A stretch of 60,493 nt of DNA, filler included, from Hausera hauseri (GCA_046269625.1; 11 parts of 11 records of this genome joined end to end with filler, not necessarily neighbours in it); one strand, 5' to 3'; shown: positions 1 through 12,299, counted from the first letter of the whole stretch. Notes: generated by a model not told the origin, from the sequence alone. Made by a program: numbers and translations.

Positions 1-10
1 TTATTAATAA

Positions 11-442
11 TCAATTCATGATCCACTGTCCGAATACCGAGTACAGCACTTTTCCATTGCTAAACACATTGACACAAAGTGGGCGAAACAATGTATATCT
101 CAGCGCAGGAAACAGTTCGTGTTCACACGTACATTCAGTGGCCATTGCTAATTTGTACAGATTGATTGTTTGGTAGTCTAACTTAGTCGTTACCATTATT
201 GATTGGATTTGGTCAATAACAATTCCGAATGGCATTAGTTTAATGTTACTGTCAGCTGTGATTGGTTTGCGACAACCAATAATATGACACTCTCCCGATT
301 GAAATATAATGTATGTAAAATCCGGTGGACACTTGAGGACATACTGCCTCGGCTTCCATTAATTAGACGACAATGCACTAATACACTCAGTAACATGGTC
401 GCGATAGTTGACATTGGCTATTATAATTGAAACAGTGTTCAT
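11..442 (-). pseudogene. TATA-binding protein (TBP)-like gene, two-repeat fold, one premature stop
   Basis: One frame from ATG 442 through a stop at 359-361: IANVNYR...KPRQYV...YIIFQSGECHIIGC (repeat 1, cf. TBP LIFxSGKMVCTG) and IQSIMVTTKL...INLYKL...EHELFPALRY...VNVFSNGKVL (repeat 2, cf. TBP IQNMV...YEPELFPGLIY...LIFVSGKVVL). Confidence 0.8.
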
Positions 443-511
443 ACTGCACCTACTTATATGTATATGTATATGATTATAAACAAAATGTACAAGAAATGCA
501 TCGCCAGTGAC

Positions 512-1144
512 ATGAAGCTGNNNNNNNNNNATTGTAGGCCCCAGTGGAAGTGGCAAAACGAACTTTGTTTGCAGAACCTTGACATATTCCAATCGCCGCT
601 GTTGAATCACATTTACTGGCGTCAGGGCAGTGGCAATGATGCAGAGTCATACCTGACACGTCAGGAATTCTGTAAATTAAAATCCGTAACGGTAATAGAT
701 GGGTTTGATGAGAACTGGTCTGAATTATTAAGCAGCGGTGATGTTATTGCCATTGACGATTTATTTCAAGAAGCAACAAAACAAATCGGCTTCAACAACC
801 TGTTCACGAAGATTGCACGACACCGTGGTGTGACGGTTATTTTCATTACGTAAAACATGTTCCATCATGGCGGACAGCATTGAACAAGAAATCTAAACGT
901 ACACTATTTAGTGTTATTCAAAAATCCCCGTGATCAGAGTATCATTAATTATGTTGCACGACAAGCATTTCCTCACAGCAGAGCCTACTTGATAAATGTA
1001 TATCATGATGCTACGAACAAACCGCATGGGTATCAGTTTATTGACTTTACACAACAGTACCCGGATGACATGCGTGTACAAACAGATATTTTCAATCCGA
1101 AAGGTGTATGTGTCTATAAACAAATTCGAAAATCGACAATATGA
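512..1144 (+). pseudogene. Maverick A32/FtsK-like DNA packaging ATPase
   Basis: Walker A IVGPSGSGKT just after the gap at 531, Walker B IAIDDL, then FTKIARH, IFIT*N, LNVHYLVLFKNPRD and KPHGYQFID. It has a frameshift and stops. Confidence 0.92.
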
Positions 1145-1356
1145 TTGCGATAAAATGAAGAATTTCCGAAAAACAATTGTTAAACGTAAACCTATCAAGC
1201 AGGTGTCTGCAAGAAACGTGTATCAAAACGAACCGCTACAGTCAAGCGATTAATCAATTTTGTGCTTCGAACAACAGCAGCAGCAACTAGATGCAAATTA
1301 CCGTCACAGTGGCAACGGTTATAAACAATTACGTGTTAGCATCAGTACGTCCAAAA

Positions 1357-1650
1357 ATGCTATTGAAACGTAGTCAGCCGTACTTTATTGCTTTGCTCAA
1401 AGCACCTACAAGACATAAGCGAAACATGCTACAATCATTCCCTAAATTTGTAGTAGACGATTTCATGGAAATTTTGTACAATATTATTGTGGGTTACGTT
1501 GACATTGGTAGTGGAAAGCGAAATTTATTAAAGTATCTAAAATGACTCATTGGCCTTGCCAACACTCGTAGTAAACGACTGAAACGAAAGTTTATGTACC
1601 AGCAAGATGACGGATTCCTTGGTGCAATTCTACCAATTATCACGTCATGA
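1357..1650 (+). pseudogene. Small conserved Maverick basic protein (PW/core-like) ending in a QxxGFLGAILP amphipathic tail
   Basis: EILYNII.G.V...KRNLLKYLK*...KRLKRKFMYQQDDGFLGAILPIITS resembles the Maverick 'ExxxNxLxG...QKGGFL' protein. Confidence 0.65.
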
Positions 1651-1790
1651 CTGGGTGGACGTATTTGTGGGAGAGTTTAGTATAAATATAACGGTAAGTA
1701 TATGATGATTTAGGGATATTGGTGCCTGGTTTTTATCACTTTGTCCCAGTTTACCGAATTTTTTATTAACGTTTCGTTCTAATTGCTGCA

Positions 1791-2790
1791 ATGCAAACAA
1801 AAACGACATCATCGACAACAACAATAGGCGACTTGTGGTTCGATCCGTATCATCTTTTCGGGTATACTGGCGTCGACAAATTTGAAAAGACTTTCAAACA
1901 GACTCGGCAACAGACCCAACATTGGCTGGGGAAACAGTTAGCATACAGCCTAAACAAACCGATAAGAGGGCGGTTTCCAAATCTTGCGTACCGTGATGCA
2001 GGTGTAAATAATGTATGGTAAATGGATTTGATAAAAATGATTCCGTACATCAACGATGGGTATCGGTACGTGCTGACATGCGAGGAAAATGTATATCCAG
2101 TAAAGAGATTGACGAAGCTGTTCACACATTAATAAACCAACAGAAACAACCACTGAAACATGTATAAACGGATTTGGTTAAAGAATTTTAGAACTCCCAT
2201 CTCGCATTTGTTTTGAGGCGGTTCGGTGTAAACCACTACTCTGTGTTTTCATAATACAAGACTGCACTCGTTGAACGATTTAATCGAACCATACGCGGCC
2301 GACTGAACAAATCCTTTTCCAAGCAGGGCAATAAACGCTCGGTAAATGTGCTACCGGATATTATCAATGCATACAATCATTCGATACATCGTGGCGTCAA
2401 TGGATTACGGCCGCTGGATGTAATCGACGATTTGGACATGTGGCTTTACCAAAACCTGCAACAAGCAGTTAATCGTCGTCTGAAACATAGATTTGGTTAT
2501 TATGTACCCATTTTATGGCCGAACACAACGCCATTTATTAAGAATTTCAATCAGAACTGGAGCGATTAGGTTTTCCGAATTTCAGAAATCAACACAAAAC
2601 AATCATCCGTCATGTAAGTTTTGGAAGATGAGAACGGTGAGGAGATACGTGGTAAATTCTACGAACAGGAACTGCAGGTACTGTCAGAAAAACCCGACAT
2701 ATATCGTATTGACGAAATTATACGTTTGCGCGGTAAAGGTTCGAGTAAACAATATCTCGTCAAGTGGCACGGATACACTGCAACAAGTTA
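1791..2790 (+). pseudogene. Maverick c-integrase (rve) with C-terminal chromodomain
   Basis: Motifs YSLNKPIR, W*MDL, NDGYRYVLTC, VERFNRTIR, YNHSIH, NWS, GKFYEQELQ and YRIDEII...YLVKWHGY. Confidence 0.92.
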
Positions 2791-2811
2791 GATTTTTGCA
2801 TCACAGATTCA

Positions 2812-3857
2812 ATGAGCAGCATTTACTTGGTACTTGGTAGTAACAGATCATTATCACAACATGACGATAATGACAATACCGCTAAACAGTTTACCATGCA
2901 CTTGGACCAACCGATCGATTTACGCCAGGGAGCATGGGAAGTGGCGCTGATGGATTTCACATTTACATTTTCACACAAATCAGTAAGTGAGAAAAGCGGT
3001 ATTTACTTTATCCGACTATAAAATTACCCTATTTCAAGTCGTTTACAGTTAATCCGAGACTCTAAGAAATATATTCATCGCAATTATTCGCAATACAATT
3101 TCTCGGTTTATGCTTATTTTTCAAACTACCGTATGGAACTAACACATCGACATCCCATGGAATTGCAGTTTGAATCCATGGCTGATGCTGAGGCACGGGG
3201 TTTTCAATCAGTCAGTATACGCTCGAAAGGTCTACGGCTAGGAGGACATGTTATAATTGGTGAAAAATCAAACCTTTCCACTAATGTGACAACTGCAGCT
3301 GTAGTGAACTGGATTAGGTCAGAATCAGTCTTTCGATCATATATTGTACCATATGACTTATTTATGAAAACGGAATTGGAATTGTGTGAATACGTCCAAA
3401 AAACGTCTACGTTAGCTGTAAAGACATGAGAAATAAACATAGATGATCACATTTCGCTTACACTACATGACAATGTTATATATTTTGCCTCTGATGAATT
3501 ACTGGCTCGGAATCTAGGTTTTTAAAAATGCGAATTCTATCAAACCATTGTTGGACAATCTATTGTTGCCAAATACAAACCACAATTCTATGGAGCATTT
3601 TGACGGACTTAGCCGAATCCGTACTCGTTGGTGGAGAACGTAAACAACTACTGGCTTCTACCGAACTGGATTCTGAAACATACAAAACATCGGGTGAAAC
3701 TGTTCACGTTAATATGCTTAGACTCATGTACTTATCACTGGCTCACAATATTGTGCACAGTATTTCCGTGTATATACTTGATGAATTTTGCGAACTCATT
3801 AAATTTCTGATGGGTCAACGACACATTTGACGTTATATTTTATGACATCAATAATAA
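2812..3857 (+). pseudogene. Minor capsid (penton/PX-like) protein, paralog 1
   Basis: N-terminus IYLVLGSN...NTAKQFTMHLDQPIDL..AWEVALMDF; C-terminus TDLAESVLVGG..KQLL...MYLSL...ISVYILDE. Confidence 0.72.
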
Positions 3858-3891
3858 ACAAACTGCATAATCATTATTGACATCATTGTAA

Positions 3892-4973
3892 ATGAGTATT
3901 TACATGATGTTGCCTAGTAACAGTTGTCCGACGACTCGCCCAGTGAATACATTCAGCCAGTGAATACATTGTAGATTGGAACCATTCATTTGAACTTATC
4001 TGGAAAATGGGAGGTTGCACTGACGGAATTTAACTTTTCTATACGCAACGATGACATAAAAAGGTAGTATGAATATAACGTACAACAAAACTGTTACTGA
4101 AACCAAAACACATTATTGTCCTCTGACACTTACTAACAATAAAATAACAGTTGGAGAATCTTCCATTTGCACGACCAGTACAAATTACTATTCATATAAC
4201 AAGATCGGTGTTTTTATTTTGGGGAAAAACTTACATTTTATGAAAGATTTTGAATTTACTGTCACCATTGAGTTTTCTGAGATAGCGCAGAAATTTATAT
4301 TCAAAAATACAGAGTACAAAGGTAAACATATTAAAACTAAATATGCAGTTGCGCCAAGATTAAGTCCGTACATTACCAGATAACGGTGAAATTTACCTAT
4401 ATAGCACAAAGGGTTTCAACATTATACGTATAGATTGGATGTAATGTCTGGTGCGAATCTGTAGTACATCTCTTTCAACACTTTTCTTAAAATCAAAAGT
4501 GCAAGGCGATATTTAAAGTTTTCGAGTCAGATGCAAATGGGTACATTAAATTTGAACTGGCTAAGGATATTGTCGACATTTCATTGCACAATGCTTTGGC
4601 CATGGTGTTGGGTTTTGAAAAACAACGGTTTGAGGCATCGAATACAAAGACGGCGGCGGCATATGTTGCTACACTTAAACCCAAACTAAAAACTGGACTA
4701 AGTCAAATATGCATTTACGTGAACGTCACCGAACCGATTTTGGTTGGTGGAGTACGTATACCGCTACTCCGTGCAATTTATCCGGAAAACAGTAAGTATA
4801 TTTTTGGCGACAATGTCACTGTCAAGGTCAATAATACAATGTACCTACCTGTGGCAACTACATCTATAAACAATGTTCAAGTGAATATTAGATGTGACGT
4901 GAGCTACCTTATTGAATTTCCGTACTCTACCACAACTTCTCTAACTCACCATTTCCGTCAAATCCATGATTGA
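3892..4973 (+). pseudogene. Minor capsid (penton/PX-like) protein, paralog 2
   Basis: N-terminus MSIYMMLPSNS...LSGKWEVALTEF; C-terminus IYVNVTEPILVGGVRIPLLR...MYLPV...INNVQVNIR...TSLTHHFR. Confidence 0.78.
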
Positions 4974-5328
4974 TTCTGAAATTGTTTCCATTTACAGTAA
5001 ACCCCAGCAAGGCAGTGAACTACCGTATCTCGCTGTTAAACAGTATGGCTCTGGATGGTTGCGTACATTGGCACGTTTATCATATCCAGTGTTGAAGAGT
5101 ATTGGACCCGTGGCAGCAAAACAGCACAGGATGTACTATATAAAAACAAATCGATTTTACCACCACTTATAGAATACACCTTGAGAGAAATAAAAAGCTC
5201 TGCACCGGGAGTCGTTGAATCAGTCAAAAAATAATTCGCCGGTAGTGGCTTGAGAAAACGACGTAGATCATCATCGAGCTCATCAACTATAAACATACGT
5301 CAAAGTCGTACGATTTTCGATAGATTGA
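4966..5328 (+). pseudogene. Maverick core/membrane-active-like protein (QYGSG + amphipathic helix, basic tail)
   Basis: KQYGSGWLRTLARLSYPVLK...AGSGLRKRRR...TIFD. GxG motifs are candidate adenain cleavage sites, and the gene lies just before the MCP. Confidence 0.65.
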
Positions 5329-6559
5329 TGGACAAATTGCATCTGCAAAATCTGAATTGTGCATATTGGACAAAGCCGCATAAGAAGTTGTTATTGACAA
5401 TGCAGTATTTGCAGAAATCTAGCCCTTTGATTCTGTTTCAACGGACGATAACATTGACATTCAATTCAACATTATGGCATTGGACAATGAATATCTAGAT
5501 TTAAACTATACGCTTGTCATTGTTGAAAAGGATGCATCAACGGTTTTCACTGAAACAGACCCTGTCACACCGGCCAATTATCCTTTCCTCACACTGTTCC
5601 AGGAGGCTTCACTGACTCTAAACAGCGTCAAAATTGAATGCAACACCAATCTATACAGTATCAAAACACTCATTGAAACGGCTCTGAATTACAGTGCAGA
5701 CGCGAAAACGATTTATTTGACGAAAACCATCGGATATGACGCCACTGCACAAATCGTCAGGCATGGGTGGCAGAATCAAAGGGGCTTACCATGTGCGGAC
5801 CGCTGTACTTTGAAGTTTTTGATCAGCCAAAATACCTACTGCATGGTGTTAAAGCCATGATTCGGCTCAAACGCAACGACACTGTCCTTTGTTTAAAAAC
5901 CGCAGCTGAAGACTTCGAACCAATACTGAAAATTACCGAGGCACGACTATGCGTACATTGTGTAAAGGTAGAACCATCTGTGCTCATGGGACATCGATTA
6001 AGCTTGGAAACACAAAATGCCTGTTAACCATTACAAGTCACAGAACTCGTATTTTACACCATATCCAAAGGTTCAACTACGTTTTACAAAGATGCACTGT
6101 TTGGCGACATGCGATTGCCGAAATTTGTGCTCGTTGCATTTGAAGTGACTGTTCTACAAACGGGCCGTAATACCATCGATTCGGAAACGCTTACCCATAG
6201 CAATGTGAATTATATCAATTTGAGTCGGAATGCGGATTTCGCTGAGAACAAACAAGCAGGATTTCAAGACCGGCGATTACGTTTGCGCATATATGCAATC
6301 TATCGTGCGCAACATGGGTTTGCTGAACAAACATGTCAACAATGGCATATGGATGGATTTGTTCAAGTCCACCTATCCATTCTTAACCTTTGTCCTGGCT
6401 CCGGTTTATGACGTTAAACAGACTCAACTACGTCAGCAAGGAAACCTACGACTGGAGGTTTACTTTGCTAAAGCGTTGGAGAAATCTACCGTGATGTACA
6501 TTTAAGGTGTATTTTATGCCAAGGTTGAAATAACGAAAAACGAAACCATCATTGTATAA
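5328..6559 (+). pseudogene. Maverick major capsid protein (PY, double jelly-roll)
   Basis: KSEL..., EYLDLNYT, NYPFLTLFQEASLTLN, IETALNYS, FDQPKYLLHGV..IRLKR, LPKFVLVAF, GNLRLEVYF. Multiple frameshifts. Confidence 0.9.
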
Positions 6560-6591
6560 ATAAAATCTTCATCTTTGTACCATGAAGTACT

Positions 6592-6990
6592 ATGAAGTAA
6601 TTTATTTTGATTACTACCATTCTGCTTCAATCACATTTTACATTTAGCTCAAATGAGCTCAGTCACTATGGAAAACTGCTCTTGGACGTGAAATTTCGTG
6701 GCGTGTTTCCACTGGACTGTGTGCCGCGTGATTTACGAGAAACTGACAGCTTTATTGTCAATACACAAACATGGGATTGCTGTGTACGTCCATCCGACCA
6801 ACCTCGTCAGAGTATTCGATCCTCTCGGATTTTACTGTCTGCCATCTTTAGTTTCTCAAATTGAACGGCTTTCATCATCATACCGAGTTGAATATAATCG
6901 AGTTCATTATCAACATCCAATGACTACTATGTGGACATTACTGCTTATTGTGGCTTACATTACAATCACTTTTGTGAAATATATGTATTA
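6592..6990 (+). pseudogene. Adenain-like cysteine maturation protease
   Basis: FRGVFPLD, FIVNT, (H)xIAVY, VFDPLG, YN...YQ...TxCGHYCL across frameshifts. Confidence 0.85.
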
Positions 6991-7410
6991 TTTTATTGCT
7001 GTTGTTTTGTGTACCAAAGAGCGAACAATTCATGAGAAATATAATATGTGACTTTTGATCACAATCATTCTCCTTGTGAGTAGTAGTACTCAATTATGAG
7101 TTCGTCATACAAAGTAAAATTCACACGACTTTTTACAAAACGAACGAACGCATTTACAACGATGATGATTNNNNNNNNNNGCTTACATTACAATCACTTT
7201 TGTGAAATATATATTTGTATTATTTTATTCCTGTTGTTGGTTTTTTTTGCGAACAAATCATGAGAAATAATATGATATTTTCATTGATCACAATCATTCT
7301 CCTTGTGAGTACTAGTACTCAGTTATGAGCTCATCATCGTCGCCGTCGTCATAAAAAATAAAATTCAAACGACTTTTTACAAAACGGACGAAGGCATTTA
7401 CAACGATGAT
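6953..7410. repeat. ~220-bp direct duplication either side of a 10-N scaffold gap
   Basis: gcttacattacaatcacttttgtgaaatat...tttacaacgatgat occurs at ~6953-7170 and again at 7181-~7410 with small indels. Confidence 0.85.
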
Positions 7411-8089
7411 ATTTTGACTTGTTAACAATGCGTTTTTTCGTTTGTTCGTTCGTTCGTTCGATTTCATTTTTCAGCCCGATCCATTGGTCTGATCGAGAGG
7501 CCGCTATAATATGAAAATTTCCCAACTTATTGACAATGTATTGGACCAATTTCCATCACCGGCAGACTTGAAAATGGGGAAATTTTACCCGTTTGAAAAT
7601 TCCCTATGGAATTTTCCCCATGTTCTCATGGTCTGACCGACGTGCAACAATGTCCATTGCAATCGGCAATATCTATTTACCCCTGTGTAAATCGTTCCGT
7701 GTTACACGTGGAAAATTTCCTGTTTTGATTTTTCCTCTTATAACGCCTGTCCCTTACATTTCTGTAAGCCGTATCTCTGTTAACTTTTGCTCACCTCGTC
7801 ACGCGCTATTGATGTCACCTGGTCCGAACCTCTTTGCTCGACCTCATTTTCTAGGGGGGGGGTCGTGAGAAAATTTTAGTGAAATGTTCAGAATAGCCAA
7901 TCAGGTGGGGAAAACTGGTCGGCTGACCAATCAGAGAAGTGCGGTGGAGAGCTCACTTCTACATTACTGACCACATAAATAGATAAGTCTCTACCGACAA
8001 CTCCCTTTCTCTCTCTCAGACCCCATAGCACGGTTAAGTAAAGATAAATTTAATTACGTACGATTATTAAATAAAAGTTCTCCCAATTT

Positions 8090-8189
8090 NNNNNNNNNNN
8101 NNNNNNNNNNNNNNNNNNNNNNNNNNNNNNNNNTTAATTAATTAANNNNNNNNNNNNNNNNNNNNNNNNNNNNNNNNNNNNNNNNNNNN
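8090..8189. other. Artificial contig spacer N44-TTAATTAATTAA-N44
   Basis: Six-frame stop linker. It recurs at 12300, 16379, 20895, 25430, 31060, 36528, 42756, 47481 and 55590 (100 bp each). Confidence 0.99.
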
Positions 8190-8450
8190 ATGTCGTAGCT
8201 ACATCGCATCGTTCGATAAAGGAATCCAGATGCCTCTGTACGAGCTGTTGCAAGACAACTATCGAGGAATCGTAAGGCTAATAAACTCAAATCACAGAGA
8301 ACACTGGCAACTTGAAAACAACACTGCCGAATACTGTGATGAATACTCGTAATGAGACGAATATGTGAATAAGGACAGTTTCTGATTGATTGATGGATGA
8401 CATTGTGAGGTAAAAAATACACGAGTTGTGTCCGCAACCGGGGCACCACA
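8190..8450 (-). repeat. 3' LTR (partial) beginning TGTGGTGCC after PPT GAGGGGTGA
   Basis: The same GGTGA|TGTGGTG junction is seen at 16227 (+) and 18465 (-), and a variant at 26115 (-). Confidence 0.8.
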
Positions 8451-11400
8451 TCACCCCTCGTGGCATAAGAGAGATTATGTAAAGGTGAAAAGAATAAGAA
8501 AAATAATAAGAATGAAAACAATGAATCGCAACGAAGGAGCAATGTGTAGTGCCTAATCGTTATAGTATGAATCAGGCGTTGTGTACCATCAAAGAACTTT
8601 TCTTTGCTGTAGGCGCTAAATGTCACTGCATGTCTTGATTGATTAGTGCTTGGCTGTTGTGCGACATTATGTGATAGAATTTTGTGAGATTATCTGGTTC
8701 AATAGATTTAGGTGATGGAGGTGATGAAAGTAGTGATATTGACAGAGATGGAGGAAATGATGATAACTGAGTGTGACAGAGCAATGGTTGCTGTAACGGC
8801 GCAAAGACGTGGAGAAAGTGGGAGGATAGATCAGGAGTGGGGGTGGAATTTGAATTGGAGGTAGAGTTGGCATCCGGATTGTCATTAATGAAGAAAGCGG
8901 GCTTCAGATTCGAAATAGGAACGTTGTAAGGTTTGTCTTGGCGTAATAGATCGTGGTTGTATGAGATGAGAGATTCAGCAGTTTGTATGGGCCAACATAT
9001 TGAGGTCAAAACCCGAAGGCGATTGATCGTTTAGCCACACAAACTTGGCGGTGTTCAAATCCTTCGGAATGTACGATCTCTTATTGTTGAAGAGACGGCA
9101 GAATGAGTCTGAGCTGACATCGACAAATTGAGATTGTGCTGCACGAATGTTTTCAACTGTGGGATTGTCGTCGAGATCAGAAAGTTCAAAACCAGAATAG
9201 GAGTTCCAAAGAGTGCCTCGGTGGAGCACAAACGGTAGTGGTTGAGAGTGTGTTGCGCCACCCTAGTAGAACAAATGGTAGAATGGAGGTCCAATTACGA
9301 TGATTGTCAGCCAAAATTTTTAAAGAATTTTTCATGGCTCGATGGAACCTTTCAAGGAGGCCATTTGCATGAGGATGATATGGTGTAGTATGGAAATGGG
9401 ATATCCCCAAGCGTTTGACAAATAATTTGAAGAGTTCCGATTCAAATTGCGGACCTTGATCCGTTATTATATAACGTGGGGAACCAAAACGACTAATCCA
9501 GATTTTTATGAAGACATCGGCTACTGAATCAGTGTTCGTTGAACGAAGAGGAACGGCTTCAGGCCAGCGAGAAAAACGATCTATCATAGCAAGGATATAT
9601 TGATATCCGTTGTTAGAAGGCAGAGCCAACAAGATCAATATGAAACGTATGAAAACGTGAGGTACGGGGGAAATGGTAAAGCGGCGGTTTAAGATGTTTG
9701 TTGATTTTGTATTTTTGACAGGCTACGCATTCCTTAACCCAGCCCTGTACATCTTTGCGCATCGATGGTCAAACTACATGACGATGAAGCAGGCGAAAGG
9801 TTGCTTTCGAAGCCGGATGATGGAGTGAATGCGTATAAAGGAAAGCTGGTTTTTGTAAAGGTGTAGTTAGAATGATCTTTTTATTATCGGAATTCGACGT
9901 ATCAAAAGATAAGGAAGTCAGCAGACGGTTGATTAGCCGTTAAGACTTCAGATGAGAAAATCGGCTCAACTGTAATGGAGCCAACTGACCTCTACAGAAA
10001 ATCTGCTGCCAAATTATCTGTGCCTAAAATGTTTTCTAAAACAAAACTGAATGTAGACAAGTATGATGTCATTCTTGCCTCGGCAATGGCTGTTTTAATG
10101 ACATGATATGCACTAGAGGCTTCTGGTCTGTTTGAATCACGAATGGAGGAGTTTTGGGAATATCATCAGGTGCAACCGGAATTTGATGATAAGCTTTATG
10201 CAAGTCAAATGTGGAGTACGTGTTAGTATTGGTAAGACTGTACAGGAAGCCCTTTATGAGAGGTAAAAGGTAAGCATCCAGGGCTGTTAGGTTTAACTGC
10301 CGATAGTCGCCACATGGTCTGTGTCATCTTTGTTACTACATGCAACGGTGAAGCCCATGGTGATTTTGATATTAGAATAATACCAGCCTTTTCAAGTTCA
10401 CTGAACCCTAATTCAACGGCTTTTTACTTACGAGGTGACACTGGTCTGACCTTTGTCTGATAGGTCTTTGGTGTTCGGTGGCTATGTGGTGATAAGTTGT
10501 AGAAAGCGGCTTGAAGTTCACGTCCTTTTTGAGTGTGCGGAAACAAGTTGTGATATAAAATTTGAGATTGGAATCCATAGATGAGAATGATTGACGCATA
10601 TCATCAGAAGCGACAGTGGATGGTGTTGGCGAAGATTAACCGTAACTTCCACCATCAACACTCCGTTTCCTCGGTTTTAAAACCAACTTAGATACGTTTG
10701 ATGTGATGGAAGAAATGAATAAAATACTAAATGTATCGTTATTAGCCGACAAACAAGTTTTCAAATTCACACGCGAGTTGACAGCCGAGAACGACGGAGT
10801 TTCTACTCGGCTGTTTAGTAGATATTTGTTGGCATCCACGACGGAGTTTCTGCACAGCAGACAGCGATACTTGCAGTCAACTAGCAGATATGTGCGACCA
10901 GAAAATCTGAGCCGATTATTGGCGAATTAATATTAGCCACGTGGAATATCCAAACTTATCTGGCAAGTTGGCGAATGTGAAAATCAGTTCCGTGGTACCT
11001 GCAGTGTGCAACGGTTGACCACTGGCAGTGAAAAGCGGTGGAGAAGAAACTATTTTCAAGGGAAGGAGTGAAAAGGAAGCTCCTGAATCGATGAGGAAGT
11101 CAATGTGTGAAGCATTGTTAGGGAGCAATGCAGATTTTAACAGAAAAACTGCCGAGGCTGTGTTAAGACGGCCAGAAGATTCAGCGGTATTGCCTATACC
11201 AGAATGTGCTGTGGCATCTGCCGGCGTTGTTAGTTTTTTAAGGTTTATTGGGTAAAAGAAGAGGAATAAAAAAAGCGACGAGAAGACGATGGGGAAAAAC
11301 TAGAATTCTTTTTATAATATTTGCATCCTAGCACACAACCTAGCCTTGGACTGATTTTTTGTGTAATAAATGCAGATTGGGCTGTCTACTGCATAACGTT

Positions 11401-12299
11401 CTTCGTAAAATCGACAGCCCAAAAGACACTTCCTTGCGTCTCTGCCGAATTTGTTGTGATAAAAATAAAATATTCTTTCATCTCGAGATTTGGATCGAAA
11501 AGAATGCCTGAAAAGGCTGCGATCGCGCGAAACACGGTTTTCACTGCGTCGGGGCACAGATAAGTCACTAAGTTGGGCTTTAATCGCAGAAATTGCTTGT
11601 TGAAGTCTATCAAATTGTTTCTGCATCATTTGCAGTTGTTGTGAAAATAAAATAGTATCTGCATGTGGTGGTGTAAGCGTGGTTGCAACAGCTACGGGTT
11701 GAGTTGTTCGACTGTAGGATGTCGAAGCTTTTATCTGCCAGTAAAGCGAGTTTTTCAAGTGCTGTTGAATCGTCTACGACAGTAAGCAATGCTCTGATGG
11801 AAGTGGGTAAGGAGGAAAGAAAATAAGGACGAAGATCGGCATTGTTTGTAGGAGTGACACCTAAGAAACTCAGTTGAGAAATTGCGGTTTTGAGGAAATC
11901 AGACGACATTTGAATTCCGATAGCATGTTCATTAAAGTATTTTTGTATTATACTGTCAATGGAAGAGTCGGTAATATGTAAGACTAATTCAGAGCATGTC
12001 ATATGGATTTGAAGAGGTGAGTATATCGGCAAGATTATTGATTTGCTGCTTGATATTTGCTGGAAGAAGGAACAAGCTGTTCGCACGCCAGAAAGAATCG
12101 GTGATGTGATTGGCTTTAAGCCATTGTAAATGAAATTGTAGTCAGGTGCGACTTGAATTAGTTTTGTCAAGGAAGAACTCTGTACAAGGAAAGTTAGGGG
12201 AGGCAGATGGTGCAGGGTCAACAAGACGACGGCCAGAACGGGTTTTGGTGGAGTTTTCAGCATAAGAAGTATCGGGGTCCGATCCACCCCGGATACGAA
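8190..12299 (-). mobile_element. Ty3/Gypsy LTR retrotransposon family A, decayed and internally deleted
   Basis: gag (FLSSLP...LALLAD; YHNKFGRDARKC), protease FLIDSGA, RT N-part (SPWASPLH, DAYLLP), integrase (IDRFSRWPEA, TDQGPQFES, NGLLERFHR), PPT and 3' LTR. Confidence 0.93.

Larger units (their letters stand above)
11..7968 (+). mobile_element. Maverick/Polinton (adintovirus-like) endogenous element, decayed and partial (no pPolB in this contig)
   Basis: Co-linear packaging ATPase, rve integrase with chromodomain, minor capsid x2, GxG core-like protein, major capsid and cysteine protease, all with stops or frameshifts. The right boundary is approximate. Confidence 0.92.

Noticed and set aside
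6953-7410. Direct repeat as a Maverick sub-terminal repeat
   Set aside because: It straddles a 10-N gap and is most likely two alleles or copies scaffolded in series.
8134-8145. Recurrent TTAATTAATTAA palindrome
   Set aside because: It is an artificial linker centred in N runs, so adjacency between contigs has no biological meaning.
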